Of a DNA stretch of 64,000 nt, positions 22,331-35,965 are shown piece after piece; the first letter of the stretch is position 1; each line of letters begins with the position of its first letter. Position numbers and translations under genes: made by a program. The notes beneath the pieces are model-generated. The model had not been told where the DNA came from. It saw nothing but the letters and a program-made list of their open reading frames with translations, and made no database searches. The stretch lies in NCBI RefSeq assembly GCF_006345805.1, contig NC_043015.1:34410001-34474000 (forward strand), given 5' to 3'. The stretch comes from Octopus sinensis. Its lineage: Eukaryota.

Positions 22331-22841
22331 TGAGATGTAGAGAGATCGTTTCTGATGCCAACATTTATTTTGTAGCAGAACCACATGCATTCGTATTCTT
22401 TTGTGCATGTGTGTGTGTGTGAGTTGTGGATGGCTGAAACACCAGTTAAGATCCCTTTTAGCCTATAATCAAAGGCATTTCAATCATGGCCTTATTGTCT
22501 TTCATCAGATAGAGAATATCTAAGACTACCTTACACAGCATGTATTTTCATATTTAGACAATAGTGTGTGATTTCAACGATATTTGATTGCTATTTCTCG
22601 TAGACTGAGTGATCATGGGATCATATAGAGGTTCCCTTATTGGTTGTTGTTCTTTAGTGTCTGATCATCTCTGGTGGTGGTTTTGGTGGTAGTCTGATCT
22701 GTTCTAATACATACACTATATTCTCTCACTATATTTGTCTTATGAATATGTGTGTACACACATACATATAAGGACATGCACATATGTGCACACACATATA
22801 TAGTTTAACCCTTAGCATTCAAATTTCTCTATCAAATGTAA

Positions 22842-23156
22842 CTGGCACTCCATTGGTTATGGTAACGAGGGTACCAGTTGATCCAATCAGTGGAACAGCC
22901 TGCTTGTGAAATTAACGTGCAAGTGGCTGAGAACTCCACAGACACATGTACCCTTGATGTGGTTCTTAGAAAGATTCAATGGGACACAGAGTGCAACAAG
23001 GCTGGCCCTCTGAATTGCAAGTACAACTCATTTTTATCAGCTGAGTGGACTGGAGTAACATGAAAAAAAGTGTCTTGCTTAAGGACACAGCCAGGCATGG
23101 AACTCATGACTTTACAATCGTGAGCCAAATACCCGAACCACTAAACCACTAAACCT
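22842..23156 (-). mobile_element. CORE-like SINE with 14-bp TSD, inserted into a piggyBac-like MITE relic
   Basis: TSD TCTATCAAATGTAA at 22828-22841 and 23157-23170; the host element begins TTAA|CCCTTAGCATTC at ~22805. Confidence 0.85.
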
Positions 23157-24179
23157 TCTATCAAATGTAATGCTTATTTATTCACATTGATAAAAACTAG
23201 TCATGCATTACCTTGCAGCTTTGAAATTTCAATGATGTGGTTATTTATTGTAGGGTAGCATCATGGATGGAACTTATGCATCCATTGGTTAACTTTACTC
23301 TGATACCATTAAAAGAAGTCTCAATATTTTGGAGCCAGAAGATCCCGGCATTAAAAATCACCCCATTACCATCACCATCACTTTAACATCTACTTTTCCA
23401 TTCTTATGTGGGTCTGACGAAAATAGACAGGAGATTTCTTGTTACTAACCTCTACTTGCTTCAAGGTAGGCAATGATGTCCCAGACATGTTTTATGTGGG
23501 GAACTTGAAACAAACAACACCATATGAGTCTTTTATTTACAAACTAGTAACTGATAAAAAGGATAAACATCAGTGATATCATAGCCAGCTATAAGACCAC
23601 TCATGTAGCCACCAGCCACATGAACAACCATATGATAAACTCTAAAGCAAAATCACATGACTACAGGCTGATAATACTTGTCAAAAGGAAAATATATTCA
23701 CAGCACTACTAACAATATTAAATGTGACCAACAACTTTGAAAACTCTGACCATCGTTGACCCACTTGAGATTTTTCACAAAGTTCATTTTCTTGTAATTA
23801 TGCAAATTTTATCAGATAAAAGTTTTTGAAACTCATACAATTTCTACAACTGTACTTGTAAAACTCAATGTGTCCAGCAATGAAAGCAGTGTGAAAAGAT
23901 CATTTCCCTCATAAGAGCTAATAAGATTAAAACACGTCCATAACTGTAACCTTGCTGGCAAACAAAGTTCACATTTTCCTCTAAAATAACAAAATACAAT
24001 TTTTTTAAAACTTGGCTTTAAATGTGTTGGAATTTTCTCCTCTTTTCTTTAAAACTCATTAATAGCTATTGCTTGGTTTTTAGTTTGCTTTTTTACAACT
24101 AAGAAACTGTTAATTCATTAAAAATATTTCATGTGTGTCTACTTTCTATTGCAATCAAATGTCTATTAAATATATTTAT

Positions 24180-24217
<38 letters not shown>

Positions 24218-24218
<1 letters not shown>

Positions 24219-24410
24219 TTTATTTAAAGCAGCAGAAAATTCAACAAAACCTGTTACCCTGAGTTTCACATTGCCGTTCATCGGACAGTTACTCAGAGTA
24301 ACAGGTTTTGTTGAATTTTCTGCTGCTTTAAATAAAGCATATTACTCTACCACTGGTATTTGAGTACTCTTTTTTCCACCTTGTTTCACATTTATGTGTT
24401 TACTCCGGTA
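24218..24410. mobile_element. Second copy of the 2704 fold-back family; right arm lacks the HHR core
   Basis: Same left breakpoint (TATA|CTTTATTT) and tail (...TTTACTCCGGTA|TATA) as 2704-2949. Confidence 0.9.
24246..24290 (-). ncRNA. Minimal type-I hammerhead-like motif with CCGATGA core
   Basis: Minus strand: AACTGT-CCGATGA-ACG GCAA TGT-GAAAC-TCAGG-GTA^ACAGGTTTT. Confidence 0.6.
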
Positions 24411-25214
24411 TATATATATATATACATATTGCTATCCATTTTCAAATATTCAGGTCAACTCTCATCCCTCCCTCTCTGTTTCTGTGTGTGTGTGTGTGCA
24501 TATGCATGAGTGTATGCATTCATCTGCATATATGTGTGTGATTGCATGCTTGTGTGTGCTCATAGTTGTTTTCACACATAATTCTTGTTTCTGCTTTATT
24601 GTTGAAAGAATCCAAAACAACTGTTTGAATCTGTAATTTAAAGCTCTCACTGTTTATGCCGGTTTCCTGAAGATGAATTATATGTCTCTGGAAATATCTT
24701 TTTTTAATGTACATAATACATACACCATAATCCGTGATGTATTATGGGAAATATAAGTAGACATTGCATAAATGAACATTTGCATTATATTAACATGTGT
24801 AAAATAGAATCACAAGAATTTCTGCAACTCCAATAATGCATTTTGAAATACCTGGTTATTGCAGTATATTCTGTTGTGTTTTTTGTAAACACTCAGACTG
24901 GATTATAAACAGCAATTATTCAGTGCACCGTTTGATGCTGATGTCAGCTACACTGAGATAAATCCAACTGGAAGCCTTAGCACGAATCAAGAATGTTGAT
25001 AATTCCCATCTTGTAGAATAGTTCAAGTTCTTCAGATTTTATGTTTTATGTTACTGGGTTTGAATCAGTAAATATTGTGGTATGGTGAGTTTTGTGGACT
25101 TCTAATGCAGAGTATTTTTTAACCTGTATCTGTTACAGTCATTAGACCGTGGCCATGCTGGGGCACTGCCCCAAAGAAATTTTTTTAATTGAATGAATCA
25201 ACTTATTTTTAAAG

Positions 25215-25592
25215 CCTGTAAAATCTTCTGGGAAGGTAACAGTGATGGAGTAGGGGGTGTAGGCATACTCCTTGAAGAGAAACGGGTGGATAAGGTCATA
25301 AAGGTAGTCAGGGTATGTGATAGAGTGCTTAAGCTCAGGCTAGTCCTGCAGAATAGTATAATGACAATTATCTCTGCCTACGCCCCACAAGCAGGCCTAC
25401 CAAATGATCAGAAGGACCACGTTTATGATACCCTTCTACAGGCTACCTCAAAATGAGTGGCAATGACCTCATCTTTGTGACTGGAGATTTTAATGGGCAT
25501 GTTGGATGGCAATCTGGTGTTCACGGGGGCCATGGGATTAGTTCCCAAAACAAAGAGGGAACTAGGCTATTGGAGTTCTGCACCGTTAATGA
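25215..25592 (+). mobile_element. RTE-clade AP-endonuclease fragment
   Basis: KIFWEGNSDGVGGVGILL...IISAYAPQAGL...(frameshift)...VTGDFNGHVG...NKEGTRLLEFC. Confidence 0.9.
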
Positions 25593-26145
25593 CAAGACTG
25601 AGAACTTCCCATGCCCGTAGTGCCTGTGAAAGTTGCAGAGAGTGTGGGGCCTTAAGCAAACAAAACAACATAGGGTGGACATACAAAAGTTTAAAAAATG
25701 TAATTTAAGATGAAATAAATAGGAAATTAGCAAAATACAGCTTTAGGGCCAAAAGGACAAGAACAGTGGGTAACACTGAGGAGAAATCCTAAAGGATATA
25801 GAGAACAGCTAAAAGCAAGATGCAGAGAAATTCTACAACCAGTCAGCTATGGAACCGTTGTGAAAAAGGAAGAGAATGAAAGGAAAGCAGGCCACATGTC
25901 ACATGTCAGCAGCGGGTAGAGGAGAAAGAAGATGAGAGAGAGAGAGAGAAAATAAGGGAAGGAATGAAGGGGGGAAGGAGAAAGGAGAAAGGCAACAAAT
26001 ACAAGTGAGAGGGCAAGAGAGAGAAAAAAGGGAAAAGGCTAGAAATAGAAGTAGGAGGGTGAGAGAGAGAGGGAAAAGGAGAAAGAGTGAGAGCAAGAAT
26101 AGAGTTGCACAAACATATAAGATAATGCATTTTTTCATTTATAAT

Positions 26146-26176
<31 letters not shown>

Positions 26177-26183
26177 CATGCAA

Positions 26184-26830
26184 AGTTTAGGTTAGTTAAG
26201 ATATGTTTGTGACATATTTGAACTGCTAAAAGGCAAATTCACTGCAGTTACCATGGAGAAAATTTTCTCTTATGGTAAGAAGGTGTAAAATCCCCATATC
26301 TGTCCAGTGTCGCCATCTATCAGGACATCAATGTTTCTAGCTCCTAAGCTGTTATCAATGGGAAATACCTAAGGGAGGCAACTTTGAACAGACCTTATTG
26401 AAGCTATATCTTTAACTAAAATACAGTCAACAACATTGACTGATTTGTACCAGTAGACTGCCAGGTCCTGGAAATTATCCTAATATTAGCACCAAGCAGA
26501 GTTTAGGTTAGTTAAGATATGTTTGTGACATATTTCAAGTGTTAAAAGACAAATTCACTGCAGTTAGTGTGGAGGAAATAGTCTTTTATGGTAAAAGGTG
26601 TAAAAATACCATATCTGTCCAGTGTCGCCGTCTATCAGGATTCTCACACAACTAAGACAATGTTTAGAAATCCTGATAGACGACGACACTGGACTGATAT
26701 GGTGTTTTTACACCTTTTACCATAAAAGACTATTTCCTCCACACTAACTGCAGTGAATTTGTCTATTAACACTTGAAATATGTCACAAACATATTTTAAC
26801 TAACCTAAACTCTGCTTGGTGCTAATATTA
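26184..26830. repeat. ~315-bp unit in a direct-direct-inverted arrangement
   Basis: 26184-26325 is repeated at 26500-26640; 162-bp inverted arms at 26481-26642 and 26669-26830; an older relative lies at 32592-32790. Confidence 0.9.
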
Positions 26831-26887
26831 CAATATGTGTGTGTGTGTGGTGTGTGTGTGTGTGTGTGTGCATGTGTGTGCATGTGT

Positions 26888-27085
26888 AAGGTGATCTAAT
26901 AAAATCATTAGCATACTGGGCAAAATGCTTAGCAGCACTTGATCTATTTTTACATTCTGAGTTCAAATTCCAGCAAGGTCCTTTAGAGTTTGATCAAATA
27001 AATGCCAGTTGAGCTCTACTGGGGTTGATCTAATTTACTTATCCTCCTACCCCAAACTTACTGGCCTTGTGCAAAAATTGAGACC
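26888..27085 (+). mobile_element. SINE family A, older copy
   Basis: CAAAATGCTTAGC...TTCTGAGTTCAAATTCC...CTGGCCTTGTGC. Confidence 0.75.
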
Positions 27086-27097
27086 AAAATATATATA

Positions 27098-27255
27098 TCA
27101 TCATCATCATCGTCATCATTTAACGTCCACTTTCCATGCTGGCATGGGTTGGATGGTTTGACTGAGGGCTGGCAAGCCAGAAGGCTGCACCAGGCTCCAA
27201 TCTGATCTGGCAAAGTTTCTACAGCTGGCTGCCCTTCCTAATGCCAACCACTCCA
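27098..27255 (-). mobile_element. RTE-related 3' tail
   Basis: Reverse complement of 7870-8043. Confidence 0.8.
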
Positions 27256-27435
27256 TATATATCATGTGTTTGAAAAAATTAATCTATCGTGCTCAAACAT
27301 ACTAGAAGAAATCTTCTTTCCAAAAAGTTGGTAACATTCTGTTAAAAAATTCTATAACTTTTTTTAAAAAATAACTTTTTAATAAAATACCTTTTATACT
27401 TAAAAACTGTTTTGAGTAATTTTAACAAAGACTTT

Positions 27436-27517
<82 letters not shown>

Positions 27518-27937
27518 AAAGCAATAACACAGATGGGTTGAGGTTCACTACTGTTGTTTCAGACATGTTCTTTATTGTCAGGCTTACAAAAAAATGAGTT
27601 CTGGGGTCAATTTGTTCAACTAAAGGCAATGATCCAGCATGCCCACAGTCAAATGACTGAAACAAATAAAAAGAGCATGAAAAAAAATAGATTCATTTGA
27701 AATTTAGCTTTCTGTTATTGTGAGTTTTTAATTCAGATAAAATGCCTGACTGCCATTTAATTTGTGTTTTCCAATGACTTGAAAAATACAAATTGCTGGT
27801 TATAATGGCATTAAATAATATTATAAAAATGTACCTAGTCTTCTGTTATTTCTATAACTATTTACTGGAGTAGAATGAATATTTTTATGGTGACATGCAG
27901 TGGACCTTATATGTAAAATGTTATAAGGTACATCATA

Positions 27938-28298
27938 CAGGGGTTGGTCAAAATAATGGAAACACTTTAAAATTTTTCTCAAAGGCTGTCATTACTTTCA
28001 AGACAGTACTTCTCGATACACCAAACATTTTGGCTGTTTTCATTACGCTAACACCTGCCATACGAACACCAACAATTTGACCTCTTTGAAAGTCCAATAG
28101 ATCTGTCGTTTTAATGAATTTTAATTACCTTTTTCTAATGATATCTGAAAAGAAATAGCAGTTTTAGCAAAACTTATTAAGCAACACAAATAATAAATCA
28201 GAAAATATAAAAATAAACAAGCTTTTGCTAGTTTTATAGATCCTTCAAATTTATGATGCTATGATGCTAGGTGTTTCCATTATTTTGTCCATCCCCTG
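27938..28298. mobile_element. Tc1/mariner-type MITE, 361 bp
   Basis: 28-bp TIRs (CAGGGGTTGGTCAAAATAATGGAAACAC / GTGTTTCCATTATTTTGTCCATCCCCTG, 2 mismatches) with TA on both sides. Confidence 0.9.
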
Positions 28299-31200
28299 TA
28301 TATCCAACTGTGTTTACATTTCTAGGTTCAGTATTACAGGGTCCTACAATTGTTAGCATACTGTTATCATAACAAAGATCTGTCTCACATTGAATCCTCT
28401 ACCACTTCACTACTGTGACACAGATGCTAGTGTATAGAATATAGTCATGCTGTCCTTGGTTCACTTCATATATGGGCAGTTAACATTCGTTAAGTAGTGA
28501 CATTAATTAATACAGTTACATTATTGTAGATTACCCAGAGTTTGTGAGAGTTGTGTTTAGAGAACTTCTTTATGAACTTTATTTTTTCTGAAAGTCATTG
28601 ATATTTAGAACTGAAATTTTATCTTTAACATTGGCAACAACATCTCAACTAAATATCTAATGACTGCACTGGTGATGATAAGGCTTTTATTCTATGCGGG
28701 GAAACGTACCGTCAGTTGATTCACCCAGTATATTAATGATACTAATGACTAAATATTACAGTCTTTACTTGTAGATAAAATAAAAACCAACATGCTACCG
28801 TCAGTAATATTCTACCTGATCAATCACATAATTCTAGATCAATCAGATGATTGTCCAACCATTTACTTTAAATGGTCTTAATGTTTAATTCAATAGCTTA
28901 TTGACTCATACAAAAATCAATGAATTACATGTTCGGTCATTTACTCGCCATCAATACCAAATAAATTATATTTTATTCAATGTCTTTTGTTTTGTTTTTA
29001 GTAGCTTTATTTATTTCATAGAAATGTCTTTTAGTTTTCCATTCTTCTCGTCAGTGATTTTAGATATTTTCATAAAATAGAGTTTACAGGATTGAGGGTG
29101 AATTGCTCCTTTCTAGCAACAACTCTGATAAGAAATGTTTACTATTCCAAAATCTATTCACTTTATCAAAAATCCTGCCAACTTATATGATGAGACTGTA
29201 AAGTTTCATTGACATGTGAAAGATGAGAACTAAATGCTGTGACATTTTGTTGAAGACATCCAGTTAATACTGTAGACTTTCCAATGTTAGGAAACATAAT
29301 AGGTAAGGATGAAAAGGAATGGAAATAGGAAGAGATTTCTATTGAAGATGCCATCAACTTGAGAGAAGAGAGTATGGTTAAGCTAAGTTTTTTTTTGTCA
29401 TTTCTGATGAATTGTAATATGAAGATTTCCTAAAAAGATATTGCTATTAGGTGTGAAGGTATCCATTGTGTTGGTTGTAAGAATTTATTTCATCTGATAT
29501 TTACTGGATGTTGTAAATGTTGTTTAAAAGAAAACTCGAAAAACAATTCCCTGGATAATTCTCCCCCTGTTTTTATGGCCATACGAGTAGACTTGATGCA
29601 AACATTAACCATTGTCTACTAACACATGTATTGTCACTCTTTGAAGCAAAACTTTATTGATTTCTATCTTAATCCATTGATGCTGTCCAGATGCCACCTT
29701 TTATTCCAAAAGATTGTGTTTGTGTCCATTCTCTCTAACATTGACTTTTATCAACAGCAACAATTGAGCAGCATATTCTTTGAGTGAGTCAGATTGGGAG
29801 CTCAGTGGAGATGATGCTCTTCATACAAGAAATGGCCACCAAATTACATTATACCCAGTTACCTTAAAAAATGAATCACACATTGTGTAATGTAGTCCTA
29901 GATATAGCTAGAAATAATTCTTCTTCATCTTCTTAGAATTTACAACTCCTTAAACACCTTTCTCTTCCTCATCCCTCTAAGTATTGAATGCTAAAGACTT
30001 CATATTTTAATTGTAATAGCTATCCTGTTGCTTCCTCCTGGTCCTTTGGCAGATTTTAGCTTAGAGCAACAAGCTAATGAAATAATTAAACTATTTCTTG
30101 TTGCTTTCCATGATGAACTGTACTTCTTCGTGGAAACCTATTTACATCTGTAGGAACAAGATGCTGGAAAGTTTGGAGTCTTTGCTAAGCTCACATTCTA
30201 GCACTGGTGATGTAGTATGTGATCTTCCATCATCTCAGCTAACTGCTACTATTTACACTTTTCCTGTGGCAGATCCTACATGAATAATGTTTACCATGGT
30301 TTCCATGCATTTCTCTGATGCCATAATCAGTTTGTTCTACAAGAAACCAACTGAAATTTAAAGCCAATAATAATATTTCACACTCAACTCCAAATACTAG
30401 TGCAAGTGTTATGGGGGGGGGGATAAGCATCGGCAGTGATCTATCAAACGTTCCATAGATGTCTGGTACCTACCAATCATTTATACATTCTTCTCAATAG
30501 ATATTCAAATGATGCTGAATAAGATCTGCCATCATTTCAGTACATTGAATAGTGATTTTAAATCTCTGTCTTGTCTCCTCTCTTCCACCATTTTGTTGTC
30601 ATTTACACAACTTCTGTATCAGTTTTTATTACTTGTTATTTTTAGATTCATATTCAGATATTATTCTAATCTTGTTACATTATTTATATTGCATGTTTTA
30701 CACTTTGCAAAATATAGATTTTGGGTTTTTTCTTTTTTGTTGCCTTATTGTAATGGACAGTATCAGCAACAGCAACAATATACATGTAAGAGCTGATTTC
30801 AGTAGATAATATCTTTTTTTTTCCCCTTCCTTTCATCTTGGTATTTGTGACCGATCACTTACTCTCCATCACCATGATACTTACGGGACAGAAAAGGCAA
30901 TGCATGACTGAACTGGTGACATGGTAGAAATATTTCTTCGACATGTCCAGGCACAAAGAAATGGAGACAATGTAAAGAAGAGACATCTTGTAAAGAACAA
31001 GTTAACATCTCTAGCATTGGTTAATGAATCAACAAAACTCTTAAATTTTGCAGAGGTCAAGAAAACCACTCTACTGTGGGTGCCACAATAAAATATACCC
31101 AACACTTTCTGTAAAGTTGTTGGTGATAGAAAGAACTTCTTGCCACAAATATGGCAAAATGGAATGAGGGAGAAGGGATTTTCCACCCATTTATAACATT

Positions 31201-31714
31201 TATAACTCCAAATATGGCAAAATGGAAAAGCAAATGTGAATAGATGATGGTGGATAAAAGGGATTTCAGTGATGGACCAAGCAGAGATCCATAAGTTGGA
31301 CCTAGATTCATTAGAATGAAAAAGACCAGAGATTCTTAGAAAACATTCTCAATGCTGCCATTTGGCATGGTTTCTTGTGGGGTTTTCTGTCATGGCTTTT
31401 GGCTCTAATGCAAGACTATACTACAGGACAAGAGTTTGGCTGTGTCAGGTAGAGTCGTTTAATTTATTGTGATAAAACAATAATATATAACACTCTCTGA
31501 ACACAAGAGAGTCTCTATATCATTGCTCTACTTGCCAGACTTAACAGAAGATGAATTTCTCTTGAATGGCATCCTGCTGTCATCAAAAGAGAGGGACACA
31601 CTAGGTTAGGCGCTCTCAGATATACCATTTTCAAGGAAAAGACAGGATGGCTGTGATTGGAATTTCTTCAGTCATAATAGCAGAGTTTGGGAAACAACAA
31701 CAGAGTATGCACAC

Positions 31715-31793
<79 letters not shown>

Positions 31794-32591
31794 CACACTC
31801 CATTAATAAATACACATTACTCATAAAGTGATCCTGCATTACATTCTTATTATTTTGAAAATCTCCAAAACTACTTGTTCTCTCTCTCTCTAAACACCTC
31901 ACAACCTCCTGCTGTACCTCTTCTACACCACATTCCCCACCCTCTAAACACCTCTCACACATCCCTGCTCTGCCTCTGTTACCTATTCTACATCACATAC
32001 CTCAGCAATCTCTATTAAGTTTTATAGAGACAAAAAAAACTTTGATTTTGTATTACCTGTTTATCCTGACTCGTAGCAGTCATAATAAAATAGCTTATCT
32101 GCATCTTCACCCATACAATTGCATCTTCTTGGATTAACCACAAAATCTCATCCAATGCTCATCTTACTAAACCTGGATTATTCTTTGTATCAAGAATTGT
32201 TTGAAGAATACAAAAGAAGAAAGAAAAAATAACAATGAACTGCAATGTTAGAATTTTAGTTCTGGTTTATAAATATCTCTGCCTTTCCAGTTAAAGAAGA
32301 CTTAATTCAATATAAATGCATTCTTGTTCAGGTTATATACATTTTTTCTGCAACTGTTAATTGCATTAAGCCATAATACTTATTTTGAAGTAGATGTCAA
32401 TGTAATTTGTTATTTTACAAAGATGTACTAAGGTAGCATCACATAACTTTATGAAATAAAAACAAGTATTTTTTCGATTACCAAAACAACAAATCATATT
32501 TTCTGACTCCTGTAAAAGCTTTGGAATAACTATAAAGCAAATACTTAGCCTAGAATATATAGCTGTGTGTGTGTGTGTGTGTGTGTACACT

Positions 32592-32790
32592 TACCATGGA
32601 AAAAAATTATCTCTTAGCTATTATCAATGGGAAATATTGAAAAGGTGCAACTCTGGACAGACCTAATCAAAGTTGTGGCTTTAACTGAAATACAGTCAAC
32701 ATCATTTACTAATTTGTGCCAGTAGACCATCAAGGTCATGAAAATTACAGTAATATCAGTGCTAAGCAGTGTTTAGGCATAAGCAAACAT
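32592..32790 (+). repeat. Diverged relative of the 26.2-kb unit
   Basis: TATCAATGGGAAATA...ACAGACC...TTTAACTGAAATACAGTCAACA...CCAGTAGAC, shared with 26345-26500. Confidence 0.7.
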
Positions 32791-34834
32791 ATATATAAGT
32801 GAACAATAAATTTTTAGGTTGTTTATGTTTGGTAAATATTTGATTCCAAGACACAAGTTCTCTGGAGTTTTCAAAAAGTTGAACCTAAAACCCTGATGGA
32901 TATATTTAGATCTGAAAACTCTTTGCAACTATGAATTTTACATCTTCTAGTATTAATTAAATCGATGTTCAATTACTTAGTTTTTGCTATCAATTAAATG
33001 GATGCTGTAAAACAGCTTGAGCATCATTAACTTTTCACTCTCCTTTAGATGAAAAGTTGGCCTCAAAGCACCAGACTGCTTTTCACCCCACCCATGACAT
33101 ACAAGCTTATTCAAACTCACATACTTTACAATATAATTCCAGCAGCACAGACCACCACAAGTTTTTACAGACTCTCTTTTTATATTCCTATAGATTTTTA
33201 GTAAATGATTGAGTGTGAACTCTTGAAGTCTGCTTAGTAGTTTCACATCTTGCTTTCTATTTAACACTCTAATTTCTTGATCTTTACTCAGTTTTCCACA
33301 TTGATCTTTATTCAATCATCCAATAACTCCAGTATCTTTTTGGTATCTTCTCTGTAGTAAAGCACATTTTAATATCACTGTTAACACACAATTTTCATCA
33401 AATATTTTAAGGAAAATGGTTTTATATAATCACAAATGTTATTTCAGATAGTTTCATGTTGAAAATATCTAAACTTGTTTCTAGTTTTGTTATTGTAAAT
33501 AAGAGCAGTTTAACAGATGCTGGTAATAATAGCAAAGTATTTAGCTATAAATCTGTTTCAGTGATTGATAACTAAGTACCTATAGAGTGTATTATTTCAT
33601 TGATTTATGGTTTAGCATAAATCCTTTAATGATTAGACATTAACACATTTTTTATTCTCTGTAGCATTTTCTTTAATTGTTGGAATATAGCTGCATTGTA
33701 GTGAGTAAAACTTTATTACAAAGATGGAATTGTAAATTATGTATGAGTGGTAAGTTGAAATTGGTACATTATAGATTACTGCTACACTGTTATGTCAATT
33801 ATTCAAAAATATCAAGTGCTTGCATCAAAGTCTGTTTTGTTCTTGTGCCAAACTAATTAATTGTTCTTCCTATCAATGGCAGAATATATTTCATTTGTTG
33901 TTACTGTTTTAATAACATAAGGGAGTGTTCATATTCTATTTATTAATCATATCTACAGTGTTTAGATCCATGTTAGCAGAGCAAATGTGAGTCTTAGCCA
34001 TTTACTGGAAATCCAACTTGAATCTCTAGTGAATTTCTGTAGAATAGAATTTCATTGTTTATAGGCTGCTGCCTGCTTTTCAGCACAACTCAGATATTCA
34101 CAGAATGTATTTGGAAGTCTTTTATTTAGACATGAACAGCTTATAGCATTTGATATTTTTCATAATTCAATTCATGTCTATAACTTGATCATCAATAAAT
34201 TAATGTTGTATATTGACAGCTGTGGGACTACATTGACTCTAAAGTTGTTTTAGCTAAGATAGACATAGACATCTGCTATTGGAGTTTGGCAGCATTGTAA
34301 AGAACTATAGAAAACTTTATTGCAGCCTATGTTATACTTTCAGCCTATTACTTACAGAAGAACAGAATCTTAATTTTCTATCAGTCCTTTCAAAACTATT
34401 TTCAATATGAAATGATCTGCTTACATCTCAGATAATTATATGGGAGGTGGGGGCTAAACTTCTCTTACAACTATTCTCCATATTTTAAGCTTTTTCTGTT
34501 TTATTTTATACTATCTTGTGGTTTTTCTCATCTTCATCAATGAATGAAAGCAACTGCAGTGTACGTTAAAGAAATAACTTAAGATGGTCTCTAATAAACG
34601 AATATTACAGATAGGAACAACCTTAAGAAATAAACAATAAAAGTAGACATTTAAGCAGTGATTGTGGCATGTGAATCATTGTTGCTTTGTGATTTTACTT
34701 TCAAAGTTAGTAAAATTGATCAAGGATAATAATTAGCTGAATTTTGTGAGTTATACAATGCGACATAAGAAGATCTAGATATTTTTTATAATAATAAAAA
34801 TAGGACTGATATAGTTTTGGGAGGAATATCAGTT

Positions 34835-34985
34835 TGATGGGAAGCCTATATATGGCTATGTGGCTGAGTAGTCTATGGATCTTCATGAAGTAAAGTATCT
34901 TGCTCAAGGACACAGCACATGACTGGAAATCGAACTCTCAACCTTACGATTATGAGCTGAATACCCTAAGCACCAAGTCATATTT
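34835..34985 (-). mobile_element. CORE-like SINE 5' fragment
   Basis: TATCTTGCTCAAGGACACAGC...GGAAATCGAACTC...TATGAGCTGAATACCCTAAGCACC. Confidence 0.7.
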
Positions 34986-35000
34986 CTTCACTTATATGTA

Positions 35001-35965
35001 CAGGGTGCGTAAGGTATTTGAGGACATACCTTTTGGGGTCATTGCTGCATTTTTTGCAAACTCTGTATAATCTTTGTTCCAGAAAATAATAATGGCAGAC
35101 CCTCAGCTTACTCAAGAAATGAAGAGTCATGCTGTTATTGTGGTTATAAAGGCTGAGCATAGGGATTTAGAAATATTTCGATTTTTAAAAAGTTGCCTGA
35201 TGTTTCATCTACAAAGTTTGTAAGGAGCTAGAGATTGCAGATGGAAACATATTACCAGTATCAAAGCATAAAAAGCGTTCTAAACACTCTGAAATCCTCA
35301 GAACACCTGAATTTATCCAACAAGTTCAATGGATCATTGATTACAATCCCAGAAAGTCCATGAGGTCAACTGCAAAAGATCTCCATGTGTAAGAAGGAAC
35401 AGTCAGAAATGTTGTCCATGAAGACATCAGATATAAGTCTTATATGATGAGGAAAGGTCAGTTTGTCAGACAGAGCAAAAGAAAATCACTAGATCAGATC
35501 TAAAAGGTTCTTAAACAAACTGAAAAATCCAGCAGATGAAGATTTGATTTGGTTTTTCTCAAAAGAGAAAAACTTCAACCAAGATCAAAAAGTTAACAGA
35601 AGAAATGACAGATGGTTATTTGCAGACTCTTCTGAAGTTCCAAGTGTTATTGCATGCAAAGTTTCCTGCAACTGTCACGGTTTTAGGGGTTGTCATCAAT
35701 GAAAGACATGTGATGCCTCTTTGCCTCTTTCAACAAGGCCTTAGAGTTAACTCTGCCATCTACATTGAGGTCCTGGAAACAATTGTTAAGTTCTGGATAG
35801 ACAGTATATGCAATGGAAGGCCATATGTGTTTCAGTAAGACCCTGAACTATCACACATGGCTCTAGTAACACAGAAATGGATGGCTGAAAATTTCATGAT
35901 CACATAACCCCCTAACATTTGGACTCCTAATTCCTCAGTTCTCCATCCATTGGACTATTACATGC
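35001..35965 (+). mobile_element. Degenerate DD37D (maT) transposon, 3'-truncated
   Basis: TA|CAGGGTG left end; MADPQLTQEMKSHAVIV; IWFFSKEKNFNQDQKVNRRNDRW; FQ*D followed 37 codons later by the D of PLDYY. Confidence 0.88.

Noticed and set aside
24898-25005. Possible exon LDYKQQLFSAPFDADVSYTEINPTGSLSTNQEC*
   Set aside because: Weak acceptor, no recognised homology, no linked exons.
29560-30500. Faint LINE-like peptides on the minus strand (VRENG..QSFGIKGG; NIIHV)
   Set aside because: Too degenerate to call by eye.
30885-31450. Higher-complexity stretch with FITFITP and MLPFG peptides resembling Gypsy RT, and exon-like signals
   Set aside because: Motifs are out of the expected spacing, every frame has several stops, and the acceptor is weak.
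32716-32762. Hammerhead-like topology (GACC/GGTC hairpin, GAAA, ATTAC-A-GTAAT, ATC), also at 26447-26494
   Set aside because: Both copies have CCAGTA in place of CTGANGA, and stem I pairs only by mixing the two copies; not supportable as a ribozyme.
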